Shown: positions 51,690-62,588, counted from the stretch's first letter. The stretch is DNA of 64,000 nucleotides from Eubacteriales bacterium (GCA_030524125.1 JAUNHB010000001.1:51920-115919), one strand, 5' to 3'. The notes: a model not told the origin generated them from the letters alone. A program made the numbers and translations.

Positions 51690-52907
51690 TCACCCGTTCC
51701 TTTCCGCCGCCCTGCACTCCTCCGCCCGGGCCGTCACCGTCCCGTCGGTCACATGGATCGTCAGCCGGTCGCCGGCCGTTACCTGCCCGATGCTCCTGAG
51801 CGCTTTCCCGTCCTCTGTCTCCGTGTAGGAATATCCCTGGCTGAGCTTCCTCAGAGGCGAGCAGCCTTCCAGCCTGCCCGCCAGCAGCTCCAGCCGGTGC
51901 CGCCGCTCCCGGAGCGTTCTTTCGACCGTCTGGGAGAGCCGGTCCGTCAGCTCCGCCGCGTACATCCGCTTCTCCCGGAGCCGGTACGCGGGGCTTTGCT
52001 GCTGCAGACGGGCGTGCAGATACTCCGCCCGGCCTCTGGCAAGCAGAAGCTTTTGCTCCACCCGGTCCGCCAGCTGGTTCCGGTAGATCTCCAGATTGCC
52101 CGTCAGCGTCCGGTAGTCCGCCACGGCCAGCTCCGCCGCGGCCGACGGGGTCGGGGCTCTTAAGTCCGCCGCGTAGTCGGCGATCGTCGTGTCCGTCTCG
52201 TGGCCCACCGCCGAGATCACCGGCGTCCGGCACTCAAAGATGGCCCGCGCCACCGCCTCCTCGTTGAACGCCCACAGATCCTCGATGGAGCCGCCGCCCC
52301 GTCCGACGATGATCACGTCCACGCCGTAGTCGTCCAGCGTCCGGATGCCCCGGACGATGCTCTCCGCCGCCCGCTCTCCCTGCACCAGCGCCGGGTAGAG
52401 GATGAGCTGCACATAAGGATTTCTTCGGTGGGAAATGTTCATGATGTCCCGGACGGCCGCCCCGGTAGGAGCGGTCACGACGCCGACGGTCCGGCTGTAA
52501 AACGGGATGGGCCGCTTATATTCCTGAGCGAACATGCCCATCTCCTCCAGCTCCCTCTTCAGACGCTCGTACTTAAGATAGAGGTCGCCCTCGCCGTCCG
52601 GCACGATCTCCCTTGCGTAGAGCTGGTATCTGCCGTCCCTCTCATAGACGCTGACGCTGCCGAGGACGATGACCTTCTGTCCCTCCTGCATCCGGAAGCC
52701 AAGCCCCGCGCGCCGGTCGCCCGCGAACATGACGCAGGCGATGGCCCCGGTCCCGTCCTTCAGGGAGAAATAAAGGTGCCCCGACGTGTGGTATTTACAG
52801 TTGGACACCTCGCCCTTCACATAGATGCGGTTCAGCATAAAATCCTGAACGAACATATTTTTAATATAGGCGTTGACCTGTCCTACGGAATATACGTTTT
52901 TCGCCAT
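51690..52907 (-). CDS. xseA: Exodeoxyribonuclease VII large subunit
   Basis: GEVSN, RGGGSIEDLWAFN, VGHETD, APTPSAAAE. Confidence 0.94.
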   Translation of the reverse strand: MAKNVYSVGQVNAYIKNMFVQDFMLNRIYVKGEVSNCKYHTSGHLYFSLKDGTGAIACVMFAGDRRAGLGFRMQEGQKVIVLGSVSVYERDGRYQLYAREIVPDGEGDLYLKYERLKRELEEMGMFAQEYKRPIPFYSRTVGVVTAPTGAAVRDIMNISHRRNPYVQLILYPALVQGERAAESIVRGIRTLDDYGVDVIIVGRGGGSIEDLWAFNEEAVARAIFECRTPVISAVGHETDTTIADYAADLRAPTPSAAAELAVADYRTLTGNLEIYRNQLADRVEQKLLLARGRAEYLHARLQQQSPAYRLREKRMYAAELTDRLSQTVERTLRERRHRLELLAGRLEGCSPLRKLSQGYSYTETEDGKALRSIGQVTAGDRLTIHVTDGTVTARAEECRAAERNG

Positions 52908-52910
52908 CTC

Positions 52911-53321
52911 TCATCGTTCCGTCAGCTTGCCCAGCACGCCGTTCACAAAGGCGGGAGACTCGTCCCCGCCGAATTTTTTCGCCAGCTCCACGGCCTCGTT
53001 GATGGCGACCCGCTCGGGGATGTCCTCGTCGCATTTCATCTCGTAAGCCGCCAGCCGAAGCACGGTCAGATCCACCTTGTTCATGCGGGAAAGCTTCCAT
53101 CCTTTGGACGCCTCCTCCAGCATGGCGTCCAGCTTCGGAAGCTGCTCCACGATCTTTTCGTATTTTCCGGCGATGTAGGCCTCGTCCTCAGGACTCACCT
53201 GCTGCTCCTCCTTCATGTCGTCCACATACAGGCCGACCTGCTCCGCCATCTCCTCCTGCCCGTTAAATTCCACGCGGAACAGCAGCTGGAAAATATGCTC
53301 TCTCAGTTCTCGTCTCTTCAT
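52911..53321 (-). CDS. nusB: Transcription antitermination factor
   Basis: MKRRELRE, VAINEAVELAK, FVNGVL. Confidence 0.93.
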   Translation of the reverse strand: MKRRELREHIFQLLFRVEFNGQEEMAEQVGLYVDDMKEEQQVSPEDEAYIAGKYEKIVEQLPKLDAMLEEASKGWKLSRMNKVDLTVLRLAAYEMKCDEDIPERVAINEAVELAKKFGGDESPAFVNGVLGKLTER

Positions 53322-53417
53322 TCTGTCCTCCCAAACCGGGCGGCTCCCGCACGGGAGCCTGCGCCCGTGACGGCGGCGGTCCGCCGCCGCGCATGTCATA
53401 TTCGCATATACAACGAC

Positions 53418-53673
53418 GTTCAGCACGCGCCATTCGCAAAGCCGCGCTGACGCGCTCCCCGCCGCTTGCGCGGCTGGGAGCTACGATTCACAGCCCTCCG
53501 CCCCCATGCGCACTCGTCGCCTCTGCGAGGCTCCAGTCCCGCTCCTTCGGAGCTAAGACTGCTTATGGGGGCGAAGTTCCTGCTTCGCAGGCTCGATATG
53601 GGTCTGCAGCCAGCCTCTTACATGCGAGCATGACGAGTCTGTCCGCAGCTCCATATCGGCTGTGAATCGTAAC
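53418..53673. mobile_element. Family A left part (53418-53475) joined to a full family B element (53481-53673)
   Basis: Colinear with the reverse complement of 16771-17028. Confidence 0.85.
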
Positions 53674-53739
53674 GTTATCGTTCCAAATATAGTAAAAGGA
53701 TGCCGGAAAGGCACCCTTTTCCATCCGTCCTGACCTGAT

Positions 53740-54114
53740 TTACTCCAGCACGATGCCGGCCACCCGGACATTCACCTCGGACACCTTCATGCCGGTCATG
53801 TTCTCAATGGCGGCTTTCACCTTGTCCTGCACGACGCCGGACACCTTGAGGATATTCGCTTCAAACTGCAGGTTCAGCGTCAGATCCACCCTGACGTCCG
53901 CGTCGGTCACGTCCACCTTCACGCCCTTGGAGAGATTTTTCATTCCCATCATGGCCACGAGCTCGTTCTTGATGTTGCCCGCCATGGACGCGACTCCCCT
54001 CACCTCGGTGGCCGCCATGCCCGCGATGATCGCCACGACCTCGTCCGCGATCCGGACCTCGCCTCTGTCCCCGTCTATCTTCAATACATGTGTGGCCCTG
54101 TCGATTTTTTCCAT
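53740..54114 (-). CDS. Asp23/Gls24 (YqhY-like) protein
   Basis: GEVRIADEVVAIIAG, KGVKV, IENMTG. Confidence 0.88.
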   Translation of the reverse strand: MEKIDRATHVLKIDGDRGEVRIADEVVAIIAGMAATEVRGVASMAGNIKNELVAMMGMKNLSKGVKVDVTDADVRVDLTLNLQFEANILKVSGVVQDKVKAAIENMTGMKVSEVNVRVAGIVLE

Positions 54115-54231
54115 CCCATATACCTCCTGAACTATGACATTTTCGTATACGTACGTTACTGTTCACAGCTTTTCCTAGTGTCAGTATATCAAAACTCACT
54201 GGTTTTGAAAAGGGGGAATTTCAGCCCCGCA

Positions 54232-54305
54232 GTTACGATTCGCAGCCGATATGGAGCCCCGCAGAGGCGACGACTGCGCATGGGGGCGGAGGGCTGTGAA
54301 TCGTA
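54232..54305. repeat. Family B internally deleted derivative
   Basis: Both B ends joined at TGGAGC. Confidence 0.8.
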
Positions 54306-54322
54306 TCCCCTGCACTCTCCCG

Positions 54323-55903
54323 TCAGCGTCCAAACTCGGAAAGCTTCAGTCCCTCGTTCCGGTCCAGCGTCATGCCGATGCTCCAGCTGTTGATCCACAA
54401 AAGCAGCGGACGGCCTTTGAGGTCGCGGATCTTTTTCATGTCGGACGTGCCGTTGATCTGATCCATGTCGATCTGCGGATTTTCGATCCAGCGGATGTGC
54501 TCATAGGGCAGATTTTCCAGAAGGATCTCCACGTTGTACTCGTTGTTCAGACGGTATTTCAGCACGTCGAACTGCAGGACGCCCACCACGCCCACGATGA
54601 TCTCCTCCATGCCGGTGTTGTACTCCTGGAAGATCTGGATGGCTCCCTCCTGGGCGATCTGCTCGATGCCCTTGACGAACTGCTTTCTCTTCATGGTGTC
54701 CACCTGACGCACCCTCGCGAAATGCTCCGGCGCGAAGGTGGGGATCCCCTCGTACTGGATCCGCTTTCCCGGCATACAGACCGTATCTCCGATGGAGAAA
54801 ATGCCCGGGTCGAACAGGCCGATGATGTCCCCGGCATACGCCTCCTCCACGATCTTGCGGTCCTGCGCCATCATCTGCTGGGGCTGGGACAGGCGGATCT
54901 TTTTATTGTCCTGCACATGGAGCACCTCCATGCCCGCCTCGAATTTGCCGGAGCAGATACGCATGAACGCGATCCGATCCCGGTGGGCCTTGTTCATGTT
55001 CGCCTGGATCTTGAAGATAAAGCCCGAAAACTCCTCCTTCATAGGGTCGATGAGCCCCACGTCGGCCTGCCGCGGCAGCGGGGACGTGGTCATCTTAAGG
55101 AAATGCCGGAGGAAGATCTCCACGCCGAAGTTGGTCAGCGCCGAGCCGAAAAACACCGGCGAAAGCTCGCCCTTGTCCACCAGCTCCTGATCGAACTCCG
55201 CGCTGGCTCCGTCCAGAAGATCGATCTCCTCCTCCAGCTTCTCCTTCTGGCCCTCTAAAAGCACGCCTTCCGCCTCGTCCAGAGAGAGCACCCGGTCCTC
55301 GCCCTCCTTCGTTCCCTTCTCGGTGTCGGAGAACACGTGGATCCTGCGGGCGCTGCGGTCGTAGACGCCCTTAAATTCCTTTCCGGAGCCGATGGGCCAG
55401 TTGACCGGGCAGGTGGCGATCCCCAGCTCCTTCTCGATGTCGTCCAGAAGCTCGAAGGTGTCCATGGCGTCCCGGTCCATCTTGTTGATGAACGTAAAGA
55501 TCGGGATGTGCCGCATGACGCACACCTTGAACAGCTTTCTCGTCTGGGCCTCCACGCCCTTGCTCCCGTCGATGACCATGACCGCCGAGTCCGCCGCCAT
55601 CAGCGTCCGGTAGGTATCCTCGGAGAAATCCTGATGTCCCGGCGTGTCGAGAATGTTGATGCAGTAGTTGTCGTAGTTAAACTGAAGGACTGAGGAGGTC
55701 ACGGAGATTCCTCTCTCCTTTTCGATCTCCATCCAGTCCGACACCGCGTGCCGGGCCGTCGCCTTCCCCTTGACCGATCCGGCCAAATTGATGGCCCCTC
55801 CATATAATAAGAACTTTTCCGTCAGCGTCGTCTTTCCCGCGTCAGGATGCGAAATGATCGCAAACGTCCGTCTCTTCTCTATCTCTTTCTTCCAATCTGC
55901 CAC
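54323..55903 (-). CDS. prfC: Peptide chain release factor 3
   Basis: GTG start after GAGGAG; RRTFAIISHPDAGKTT, DTPGHQDFSEDT. Confidence 0.95.
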   Translation of the reverse strand: MADWKKEIEKRRTFAIISHPDAGKTTLTEKFLLYGGAINLAGSVKGKATARHAVSDWMEIEKERGISVTSSVLQFNYDNYCINILDTPGHQDFSEDTYRTLMAADSAVMVIDGSKGVEAQTRKLFKVCVMRHIPIFTFINKMDRDAMDTFELLDDIEKELGIATCPVNWPIGSGKEFKGVYDRSARRIHVFSDTEKGTKEGEDRVLSLDEAEGVLLEGQKEKLEEEIDLLDGASAEFDQELVDKGELSPVFFGSALTNFGVEIFLRHFLKMTTSPLPRQADVGLIDPMKEEFSGFIFKIQANMNKAHRDRIAFMRICSGKFEAGMEVLHVQDNKKIRLSQPQQMMAQDRKIVEEAYAGDIIGLFDPGIFSIGDTVCMPGKRIQYEGIPTFAPEHFARVRQVDTMKRKQFVKGIEQIAQEGAIQIFQEYNTGMEEIIVGVVGVLQFDVLKYRLNNEYNVEILLENLPYEHIRWIENPQIDMDQINGTSDMKKIRDLKGRPLLLWINSWSIGMTLDRNEGLKLSEFGR

Positions 55904-56004
55904 GATGCTCCTCCTCGTCGTTCCGTATTTCAGACAAGCCTTCGGATCCGCTCCGCCGCCTGCGCATGAACACGCTCTAGTATAGGGGAAAACGAAAGCG
56001 TTTG

Positions 56005-58101
56005 TCAAGGAAGGACGCGCCCCGCCGTCAGCGCCAGCGCCGAGCGCGGGGCCATAACGATCCGCGCAGGGTCGTTCACAGCGGGCGCGTCCCCGTCCGG
56101 GATCCCTCTCTCCAGATACCGTCCGGATGTGTCCGCCGCCACGCGCCACGCCATGCCCTCGGGCAGCGCGGGCAGGGAAACGCTCTGTTCCTCCCAGAAC
56201 ACGTTGAGCGCCAGGCAGACCACGTCGTCCGCCGTATCGTCCGGAGTCCGCCCGGCATAGATCACCATAAGCACGTGCGAGCCGGTATCCGGCACGAGGA
56301 TCTCCGGAAGCCCGAAGGAGCAGCGCCCGGAAAAGCTCCGGATCACGGCGTGCTCCTTCCGGAACCGGATCAGATATTTCACATACGCAAAATGCTCTCT
56401 GTTTCTCTCAAGATCGCCCCAGTCAAGCCACGAGATCTCGTTGTCCTGACAGTAGGCGTTGTTGTTGCCGCGCTGGGAGTTTAAAAACTCGTCCCCGGCC
56501 AGAAACATGGGCGTGCCCCGGCTCAGAAGCAGCGCCGTCATGGCGTTCTTCGCCATCCGGCGGCGGAGCGACAGCACGTCCTCCCGGTCTGTCTCCCCCT
56601 CCTCGCCGCAGTTCCAGCTCCGGTTGTCGTCGCTGCCGTCCGTGTTGTTCCATCCGTTGGCCTCGTTGTGCTTCCGGCTGTAAGCGTACATATCCCACAG
56701 CGTGAAGCCGTCGTGGCAGTTCAGGAAATTGACCGACGCGTTATGGCCCCGGTACTTCGGATCGTACATGTCCGGCGAGCCTGTGATCCGCTCCGCCGCC
56801 GTCCGGAGAAGTCCCAGATCGCCCTTCAGATAATTTCTCATATCGTCCCGGTACCGCCCGTTCCACTCTGCCCAGCGGTTCCACGCGGGAAAGCTTCCCA
56901 CCTGATAAAGTCCGCCCGCGTCCCACGCCTCGGCGATGAGCTTCACGTCCCGAAGGATCGGGTCAAAGGCCAGACTTTGCAGCAGAGGCGGCTTGCTCAT
57001 GGGCGATCCATCCTCGTTGCGCCCGAGGATGCTGGCCAGATCGAAGCGGAAGCCGTCCACATGGTAGGCCGTGGTCCAGTACCGCAGGCACTCTATGATC
57101 ATCTGCTGGACGATGGGGTGGTTGCAGTTCAGCGTATTTCCGCAGCCGCTGAAATTGTAATAGTAGCCGTCCGGCGTCAGCATATAGTAAATATTGTTGT
57201 CAAAGCCCTTGAACGAGATGCACGGCCCCAGCTCGTTGCCCTCCGCCGTGTGGTTGAACACCACGTCGAGGATGCATTCGATGCCGTTGTCGTTCAGCGC
57301 CTTGATCAGCGTCTTGAGCTCCGTCCCCTCCCGGTTGTACTCCACCGTCCCGGCATAGCTGGTGTTGGGCGCAAAAAAGCTGACCGTATTGTAGCCCCAG
57401 TAGTCCATGACCTGCCTGCCGTCCACGATCCGGCTGTCCTTCATCTCGTCAAACTCAAAGATCGGCATGAGCTCCACCGCGTTAACGCCCAGCTCCTTTA
57501 AGTAGGGGATTTTTTCCATCAGTCCCGCGAACGTGCCCGGATGCTCCACCCCCGACGAGCCGTGTCTGGTAAAGCCCCGCACATGGAGCTCGTAGATCAC
57601 CAGGTCTTCCATGGGGATCAGCGGATTTCTGTCCTTGCCCCAGTCGAAGGTGTCCTTCACCACCCGCGCCTTATAGAAATGTCCCTCGTTTTTCTTGCCC
57701 CAGACGCTCTGCCCGGTGACCGCCTTGGCGTAAATATCGAGAAGAATCTTGTCTTTGTCGAACAGAAGCCCCTTCGCCGGGTCGTACGGGCCGTCCAGCC
57801 GGTACGCGTACTCAAACTCCTCCACGTCCAGTCCGAAGACGATCATGGAGTAGACCTTGCCGATCCGGTAGTGCTCCGGAAAAGGCAGCACCGCATAGGG
57901 GACCTCCTCCGTCCGACGGAACAGGAGCAGCTCGCACCGGGTTGCCCCCATGGAGTGCACCGTAAAATTGACGCCGCCCGGGATCGCTCTGGCTCCGTTC
58001 AGCTCATAGATCCCCGGCCGCACCTCAAAGCCCGCCACCTCGTCCAGCGGTTCCATATGGATCAGGTTCCCCGTGGGGCTGATCACGTTGTGTGTTCTCA
58101 T
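56005..58101 (-). CDS. glgX: Glycogen debranching enzyme (GH13)
   Basis: YWGYNT, DVVFNHT, DGFRFDLAS, AEAWD, CHDGFTL, NNNAYCQD. Confidence 0.9.
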   Translation of the reverse strand: MRTHNVISPTGNLIHMEPLDEVAGFEVRPGIYELNGARAIPGGVNFTVHSMGATRCELLLFRRTEEVPYAVLPFPEHYRIGKVYSMIVFGLDVEEFEYAYRLDGPYDPAKGLLFDKDKILLDIYAKAVTGQSVWGKKNEGHFYKARVVKDTFDWGKDRNPLIPMEDLVIYELHVRGFTRHGSSGVEHPGTFAGLMEKIPYLKELGVNAVELMPIFEFDEMKDSRIVDGRQVMDYWGYNTVSFFAPNTSYAGTVEYNREGTELKTLIKALNDNGIECILDVVFNHTAEGNELGPCISFKGFDNNIYYMLTPDGYYYNFSGCGNTLNCNHPIVQQMIIECLRYWTTAYHVDGFRFDLASILGRNEDGSPMSKPPLLQSLAFDPILRDVKLIAEAWDAGGLYQVGSFPAWNRWAEWNGRYRDDMRNYLKGDLGLLRTAAERITGSPDMYDPKYRGHNASVNFLNCHDGFTLWDMYAYSRKHNEANGWNNTDGSDDNRSWNCGEEGETDREDVLSLRRRMAKNAMTALLLSRGTPMFLAGDEFLNSQRGNNNAYCQDNEISWLDWGDLERNREHFAYVKYLIRFRKEHAVIRSFSGRCSFGLPEILVPDTGSHVLMVIYAGRTPDDTADDVVCLALNVFWEEQSVSLPALPEGMAWRVAADTSGRYLERGIPDGDAPAVNDPARIVMAPRSALALTAGRVLP

Positions 58102-58210
58102 GCGTTTCCCTCCGTCTTCTGATGCTCCCCCGTCCGCCGCCCGCGCCGGCCTCCAAAAACACTGACGGCGCAGCCCGAAGGCTGCGCCGCCCCTGCGCTT
58201 TGCCGCTCCG

Positions 58211-61200
58211 TCAGCCGAAATAGCTCACTCCGGACTCAAAGATCTTCATATCCTGCTCGCCGTAGATGTTGATCGCCACCGAGTCGCCTCTGCGCTCGCT
58301 GTGGGCCATCTTTCCGAAAACGCGGCCGTCGGGACTTGTGATGCCCTCGATGGCGGCGTAGGAACCGTTCACGTTCCACTCCTCGTCCATGGTGGGCGTC
58401 CCTTCCGGATCCACGTACTGCGTGGCCACCTGGCCGTTGGCAAACAGCCGGTCGATCCACTCCTTCGGGGCCACGAAACGTCCCTCGCCATGGGAGGCCG
58501 GATTGACATAGACGCCGCCCAGCTTAGCCTTCGCAAGCCACGGGGACTTGTCGCTCACCACCTTCGTGCAAACCATCTTGGAGATGTGGCGGTTGATCGT
58601 GTTGAAGGTCAGCGTCGGGGAGTCCTCCGTCTGTCCTGCGATCTCGCCGCCCGGCACGAGCCCCAGCTTGATCAGCGCCTGGAAGCCGTTGCAGATGCCC
58701 AGCGCCAGACCGTCGCGCTCGTTCAGAAGCTTCATGACCGCCTCCCGGATCTTCTCGTTCTGGAAGGCCGTCGCGAAGAATTTGGCAGAGCCGTCCGGCT
58801 CGTCGCCCGCCGAGAAGCCTCCCGGGAACATGATGATCTGGGCCTGCGCAATAGCTTTCTCAAAGGCGTCCACCGACTCCCGGATGTCGCCGCCGCTTAA
58901 GTTTTTGAACACCTTCGTCACCACGTCGGCCCCGGCCCTCTGGAACGCCTTCGCGCTGTCGTACTCGCAGTTGGTTCCCGGGAAGACCGGGATAAAGACC
59001 GTCGGTCTCGCGACCTTATGACGGCATACATAGACGCTGTCCGCCTTGTAAACCGGCGTATCGAGCGTTCGGTCGTCCTTCACGGCCACGGTCGGGAACA
59101 CCTTCTCCAGCGTGCCCTTCCACGCCTCCAGCGCCTCGTCCGTGGAGATCGACACATTTCCGTAGGAGAAGCCGCTCTCCGTCACCTCGCCGATCAGCGT
59201 GTAGGTGATGGCCAGCTCGCCCTGCCGTCCGTCGGGCACCTCCGCCACGATGGAGCCGAAGCCCGGCGCGAACGCGTCCCTCGGATCCAGATTGTGCTCG
59301 AGCTTCACGCCCAGCCGGTTTCCGAAAGCCATCTTGCTGACCGCCGGGACGATGCCGTGTCCGTCCAGCGCATAGGCCGACAGGATCCGGCCCGCCTTCA
59401 CGTCCTCAAAGAATTTGCCGTATTGATCGCACGCCTGTCCGTAATCCGGCAGATCGTACTTATCCCGGTCGAGCCGCAGGAGCACCAGCTTGCTGCCCGG
59501 CCTTTTCAGCTCCGGCGTCAGGATCGTCCTGTCGCTGGCGATATCCACCGCGAAGGATACCAGCGTCGGCGGCACGTCGATGTCGTTGAACGTGCCGGAC
59601 ATGCTGTCCTTTCCTCCGATGGACGGAAGCCCGAAGCCAAGCTGCGCGCTGTACGCGCCCAGAAGCGCCGCAAAGGGCTGGCTCCAGCGGTGCGGATCCT
59701 CCGTCATCCTCCGGAAATACTCCTGGAACGTGAAGCGGATCTTCCGGTAATCGCCTCCGGCAGCCACGATCCTTGCCACCGACTCCAGTACCGCGTAGAC
59801 CGCTCCGTGATACGGCGACCAGCTGGACAGGTACGGATCGAAGCCGTAGCTCATCATGGTGACCGTGTCGGTCTTTCCTTCCAGAACAGGCAGCTTCGCC
59901 ACCATGGCCTGCGTCTCGGTCAGCTGGTATTTTCCGCCGTAGGGCATCAATACGCTGCCCGCGCCGATGGAGCCGTCGAACATCTCCACAAGCCCCTTCT
60001 GGGAACACACGTTGAGATCTTTAAGCGTCTCCAGCCATTTCTCCCGGACGTCGCCCACCTCTTTTCTCTCAAAATACCGCTCCGTCTCGGAAGGCATGTC
60101 CACAGCCACGCTGGTCTCCTGATGCGCGCCGTTGGTGTCCAGAAACGCGCGGGAAATGTTGACGATCTCTTTTCCTCTCCACTTGAGCACGAGCCTCGGC
60201 TCCTCGGTCACCTCGGCCACGCACACCGCCTCGAGATTCTCCTCGGAGGCGTATTTCATGAACGCGTCCACGTCCTTCGGGTCCACCACCACGGCCATGC
60301 GCTCCTGGGACTCGGAGATGGCAAGCTCCGTGCCGTCCAGACCCTCGTACTTCTTTGGGACCTTGTCCAGATCCACCACCAGCCCGGCCGCCAGCTCCCC
60401 GATGGCCACGGACACGCCGCCTGCGCCGAAATCGTTGCACTTTCTGATGAGCCGCGTCACCTCCGGACGGCGGAACAGTCTCTGGATCTTGCGCTCCGTG
60501 GGCGCGTTTCCTTTCTGCACCTCGGCGCCGCACGTCTCGATGGATGCCTCCGTGTGCACCTTGGAGGAGCCGGTGGCTCCGCCGCAGCCGTCGCGTCCGG
60601 TCCGGCCTCCCAGCAGGATGATGATGTCGCCGGGGTCGGACGTCTCGCGGATCACGTCTTTTCTCGGGGCGGCTCCCATGACCGCGCCGATCTCCATGCG
60701 CTTGGCCACATAGTCGGGATGATAGATCTCCTTCACATAGCCGGTGGCCAGACCGATCTGGTTGCCGTAGGAGCTGTAGCCGCTGGCCGCGCCGCGCACC
60801 AGCTTCTTCTGGGGCAGCTTGCCCTTGAGCGTCTCCGCCGCGGAGACGGTGGGGTCGGCCGCGCCGGTCACGCGCATGGCCTGATAGACGTAGGTGCGGC
60901 CCGACAGGGGGTCGCGGATGGCTCCGCCCAGGCAGGTGGCCGCGCCTCCGAAGGGCTCGATCTCCGTAGGATGGTTGTGGGTCTCGTTTTTAAAGTTGAC
61001 CAGCCACTCCTCGGTCTTTCCGTCGATCTCCACGGGAACTACGATGGAGCAGGCGTTGATCTCGTCGGACTCCTCCTGATCCTGGAGCTTTCCTTCTTTT
61101 TTCAGTTTCCGCATGGCCATGAGCGCCAGATCCATCAGGCAGATGAACTTGTCGTCCCGCCCTTTGAAGATCTCCCGGTGATCCGCCTCGTACTGCTCGT

Positions 61201-61954
61201 ACGTCCTGCGGATGGGCTCCTGATAATAGCCTTCCCCGAACGTCACGTCCTTAAGCTCCGTGGAGAAGGTCGTATGGCGGCAGTGGTCGGACCAGTAGGT
61301 GTCCAACACCCGGATCTCGGTCATGGACGGATCCCTCTGCTCCTCCTTCCGGAAATAATTCTGGATGTGCAGGAAATCCTTGAAAGTCATGGCCAGATTC
61401 AACGAACTGTAAAGGCCGCGCAGCTCCTCCCCGGACATGTCCCGGAAGCCGTCGAAGATCTTCACGTCCGCGGGCTCCTCAAAGACCGTCACCAGCGTGT
61501 CCGGCTTGACCATGCCGGTCTCTCTGGAATCCACCGGGTTGATGCAGAACGATTTGATGGCGGACAGCTCCGCCTCCGTCGCCGCGCCTTCGATCACATA
61601 CACCGTCGCCGTGCGAATCACCGGCTCCTCCGACGGGTTCAGAAACTGCACGCACTGCACGGCGGAGTCCGCTCTCTGGTCGAACTGGCCCGGCAGGTAC
61701 TCCACGCCGAACACCGCCGCTCCCGGCGCGGTCTCAAAGCTCTCCTTGTACAGCACGTCCACGGGCGGCTCCGAGAACACGGTCCTGCACGCTCTCTCAA
61801 AAGTCTCCTCGCCGATGTTCTCCACATCGTAGCGGATCAGCACCCGCACTCCCGTCACGGTCCCGATGCCGAGATAGCTTCTGATCTCCTCCTGAAGCTC
61901 CCTCGCCTTGACTGCGAACTCCTGTTTCTTTTCCACAAAGACGCGTCTTACCAT
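58211..61954 (-). CDS. purL: Phosphoribosylformylglycinamidine synthase, fused large form
   Basis: WSDHCRH, ETHNHPT, GICNGFQ, SHGEG, MAHSER; start ATG 61954 after GGAGGT. Confidence 0.94.
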   Translation of the reverse strand: MVRRVFVEKKQEFAVKARELQEEIRSYLGIGTVTGVRVLIRYDVENIGEETFERACRTVFSEPPVDVLYKESFETAPGAAVFGVEYLPGQFDQRADSAVQCVQFLNPSEEPVIRTATVYVIEGAATEAELSAIKSFCINPVDSRETGMVKPDTLVTVFEEPADVKIFDGFRDMSGEELRGLYSSLNLAMTFKDFLHIQNYFRKEEQRDPSMTEIRVLDTYWSDHCRHTTFSTELKDVTFGEGYYQEPIRRTYEQYEADHREIFKGRDDKFICLMDLALMAMRKLKKEGKLQDQEESDEINACSIVVPVEIDGKTEEWLVNFKNETHNHPTEIEPFGGAATCLGGAIRDPLSGRTYVYQAMRVTGAADPTVSAAETLKGKLPQKKLVRGAASGYSSYGNQIGLATGYVKEIYHPDYVAKRMEIGAVMGAAPRKDVIRETSDPGDIIILLGGRTGRDGCGGATGSSKVHTEASIETCGAEVQKGNAPTERKIQRLFRRPEVTRLIRKCNDFGAGGVSVAIGELAAGLVVDLDKVPKKYEGLDGTELAISESQERMAVVVDPKDVDAFMKYASEENLEAVCVAEVTEEPRLVLKWRGKEIVNISRAFLDTNGAHQETSVAVDMPSETERYFERKEVGDVREKWLETLKDLNVCSQKGLVEMFDGSIGAGSVLMPYGGKYQLTETQAMVAKLPVLEGKTDTVTMMSYGFDPYLSSWSPYHGAVYAVLESVARIVAAGGDYRKIRFTFQEYFRRMTEDPHRWSQPFAALLGAYSAQLGFGLPSIGGKDSMSGTFNDIDVPPTLVSFAVDIASDRTILTPELKRPGSKLVLLRLDRDKYDLPDYGQACDQYGKFFEDVKAGRILSAYALDGHGIVPAVSKMAFGNRLGVKLEHNLDPRDAFAPGFGSIVAEVPDGRQGELAITYTLIGEVTESGFSYGNVSISTDEALEAWKGTLEKVFPTVAVKDDRTLDTPVYKADSVYVCRHKVARPTVFIPVFPGTNCEYDSAKAFQRAGADVVTKVFKNLSGGDIRESVDAFEKAIAQAQIIMFPGGFSAGDEPDGSAKFFATAFQNEKIREAVMKLLNERDGLALGICNGFQALIKLGLVPGGEIAGQTEDSPTLTFNTINRHISKMVCTKVVSDKSPWLAKAKLGGVYVNPASHGEGRFVAPKEWIDRLFANGQVATQYVDPEGTPTMDEEWNVNGSYAAIEGITSPDGRVFGKMAHSERRGDSVAINIYGEQDMKIFESGVSYFG

Positions 61955-62180
61955 GCTCTCTACCTCCATTGATCTCTATGTATTCTCTAAAGCCTCCGGC
62001 AGACAGGACAGCGCGCGCGTTTTCGCGCCCTCTCCTGCCCGCCGACAGCTTCATCATACCACACTTCTTATAATTAGTAAATTTAATAGATATAAAATCT
62101 TTTATTATTTATACTAATGAATTTTCATCCTATCACACAGCAAAACAGGCGCCCCGGATCCGGAACGCCTGCCTCCTTCT

Positions 62181-62588
62181 TTATGCGTGCTGCTTCACGT
62201 AAGCCGCCACCGCGCTGTCAAACCCTTTGATGTGCTTGTACAGCCACTCGATGACATTTTTGTTCACCGCGGCCACGAACGCGTCGGACGGCCCTTCCTC
62301 GTCCTCCAGCATCTCGTGGAGCTCGGACACGGCCTTTTTGAACGCCTCGTGCTGCTCTCTGTGCTCGGGAAGCTGCGGATAACAGACTTCCTCCTGAAGC
62401 TTCTCCTCCGCTCCGAAGTGAAATTCCGTATAATCGCTCAAGTAGTCCAGCATCTTGATCGCTTCCAGCTTGCCGCCTCCGTTCTCGCAACAGACTACCA
62501 GCTTGTTGATCTTGTCGATCAGCTCCTTATGCTGGGAGTCGATCATCTCGTTGCCCGTCACGAGGCTCTGATCAAATTCTGCGTGCAT
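62181..62588 (-). CDS. Bacteriohemerythrin
   Basis: IDSQH, HF..EE, H...H, WL..HI...D. Confidence 0.88.
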   Translation of the reverse strand: MHAEFDQSLVTGNEMIDSQHKELIDKINKLVVCCENGGGKLEAIKMLDYLSDYTEFHFGAEEKLQEEVCYPQLPEHREQHEAFKKAVSELHEMLEDEEGPSDAFVAAVNKNVIEWLYKHIKGFDSAVAAYVKQHA

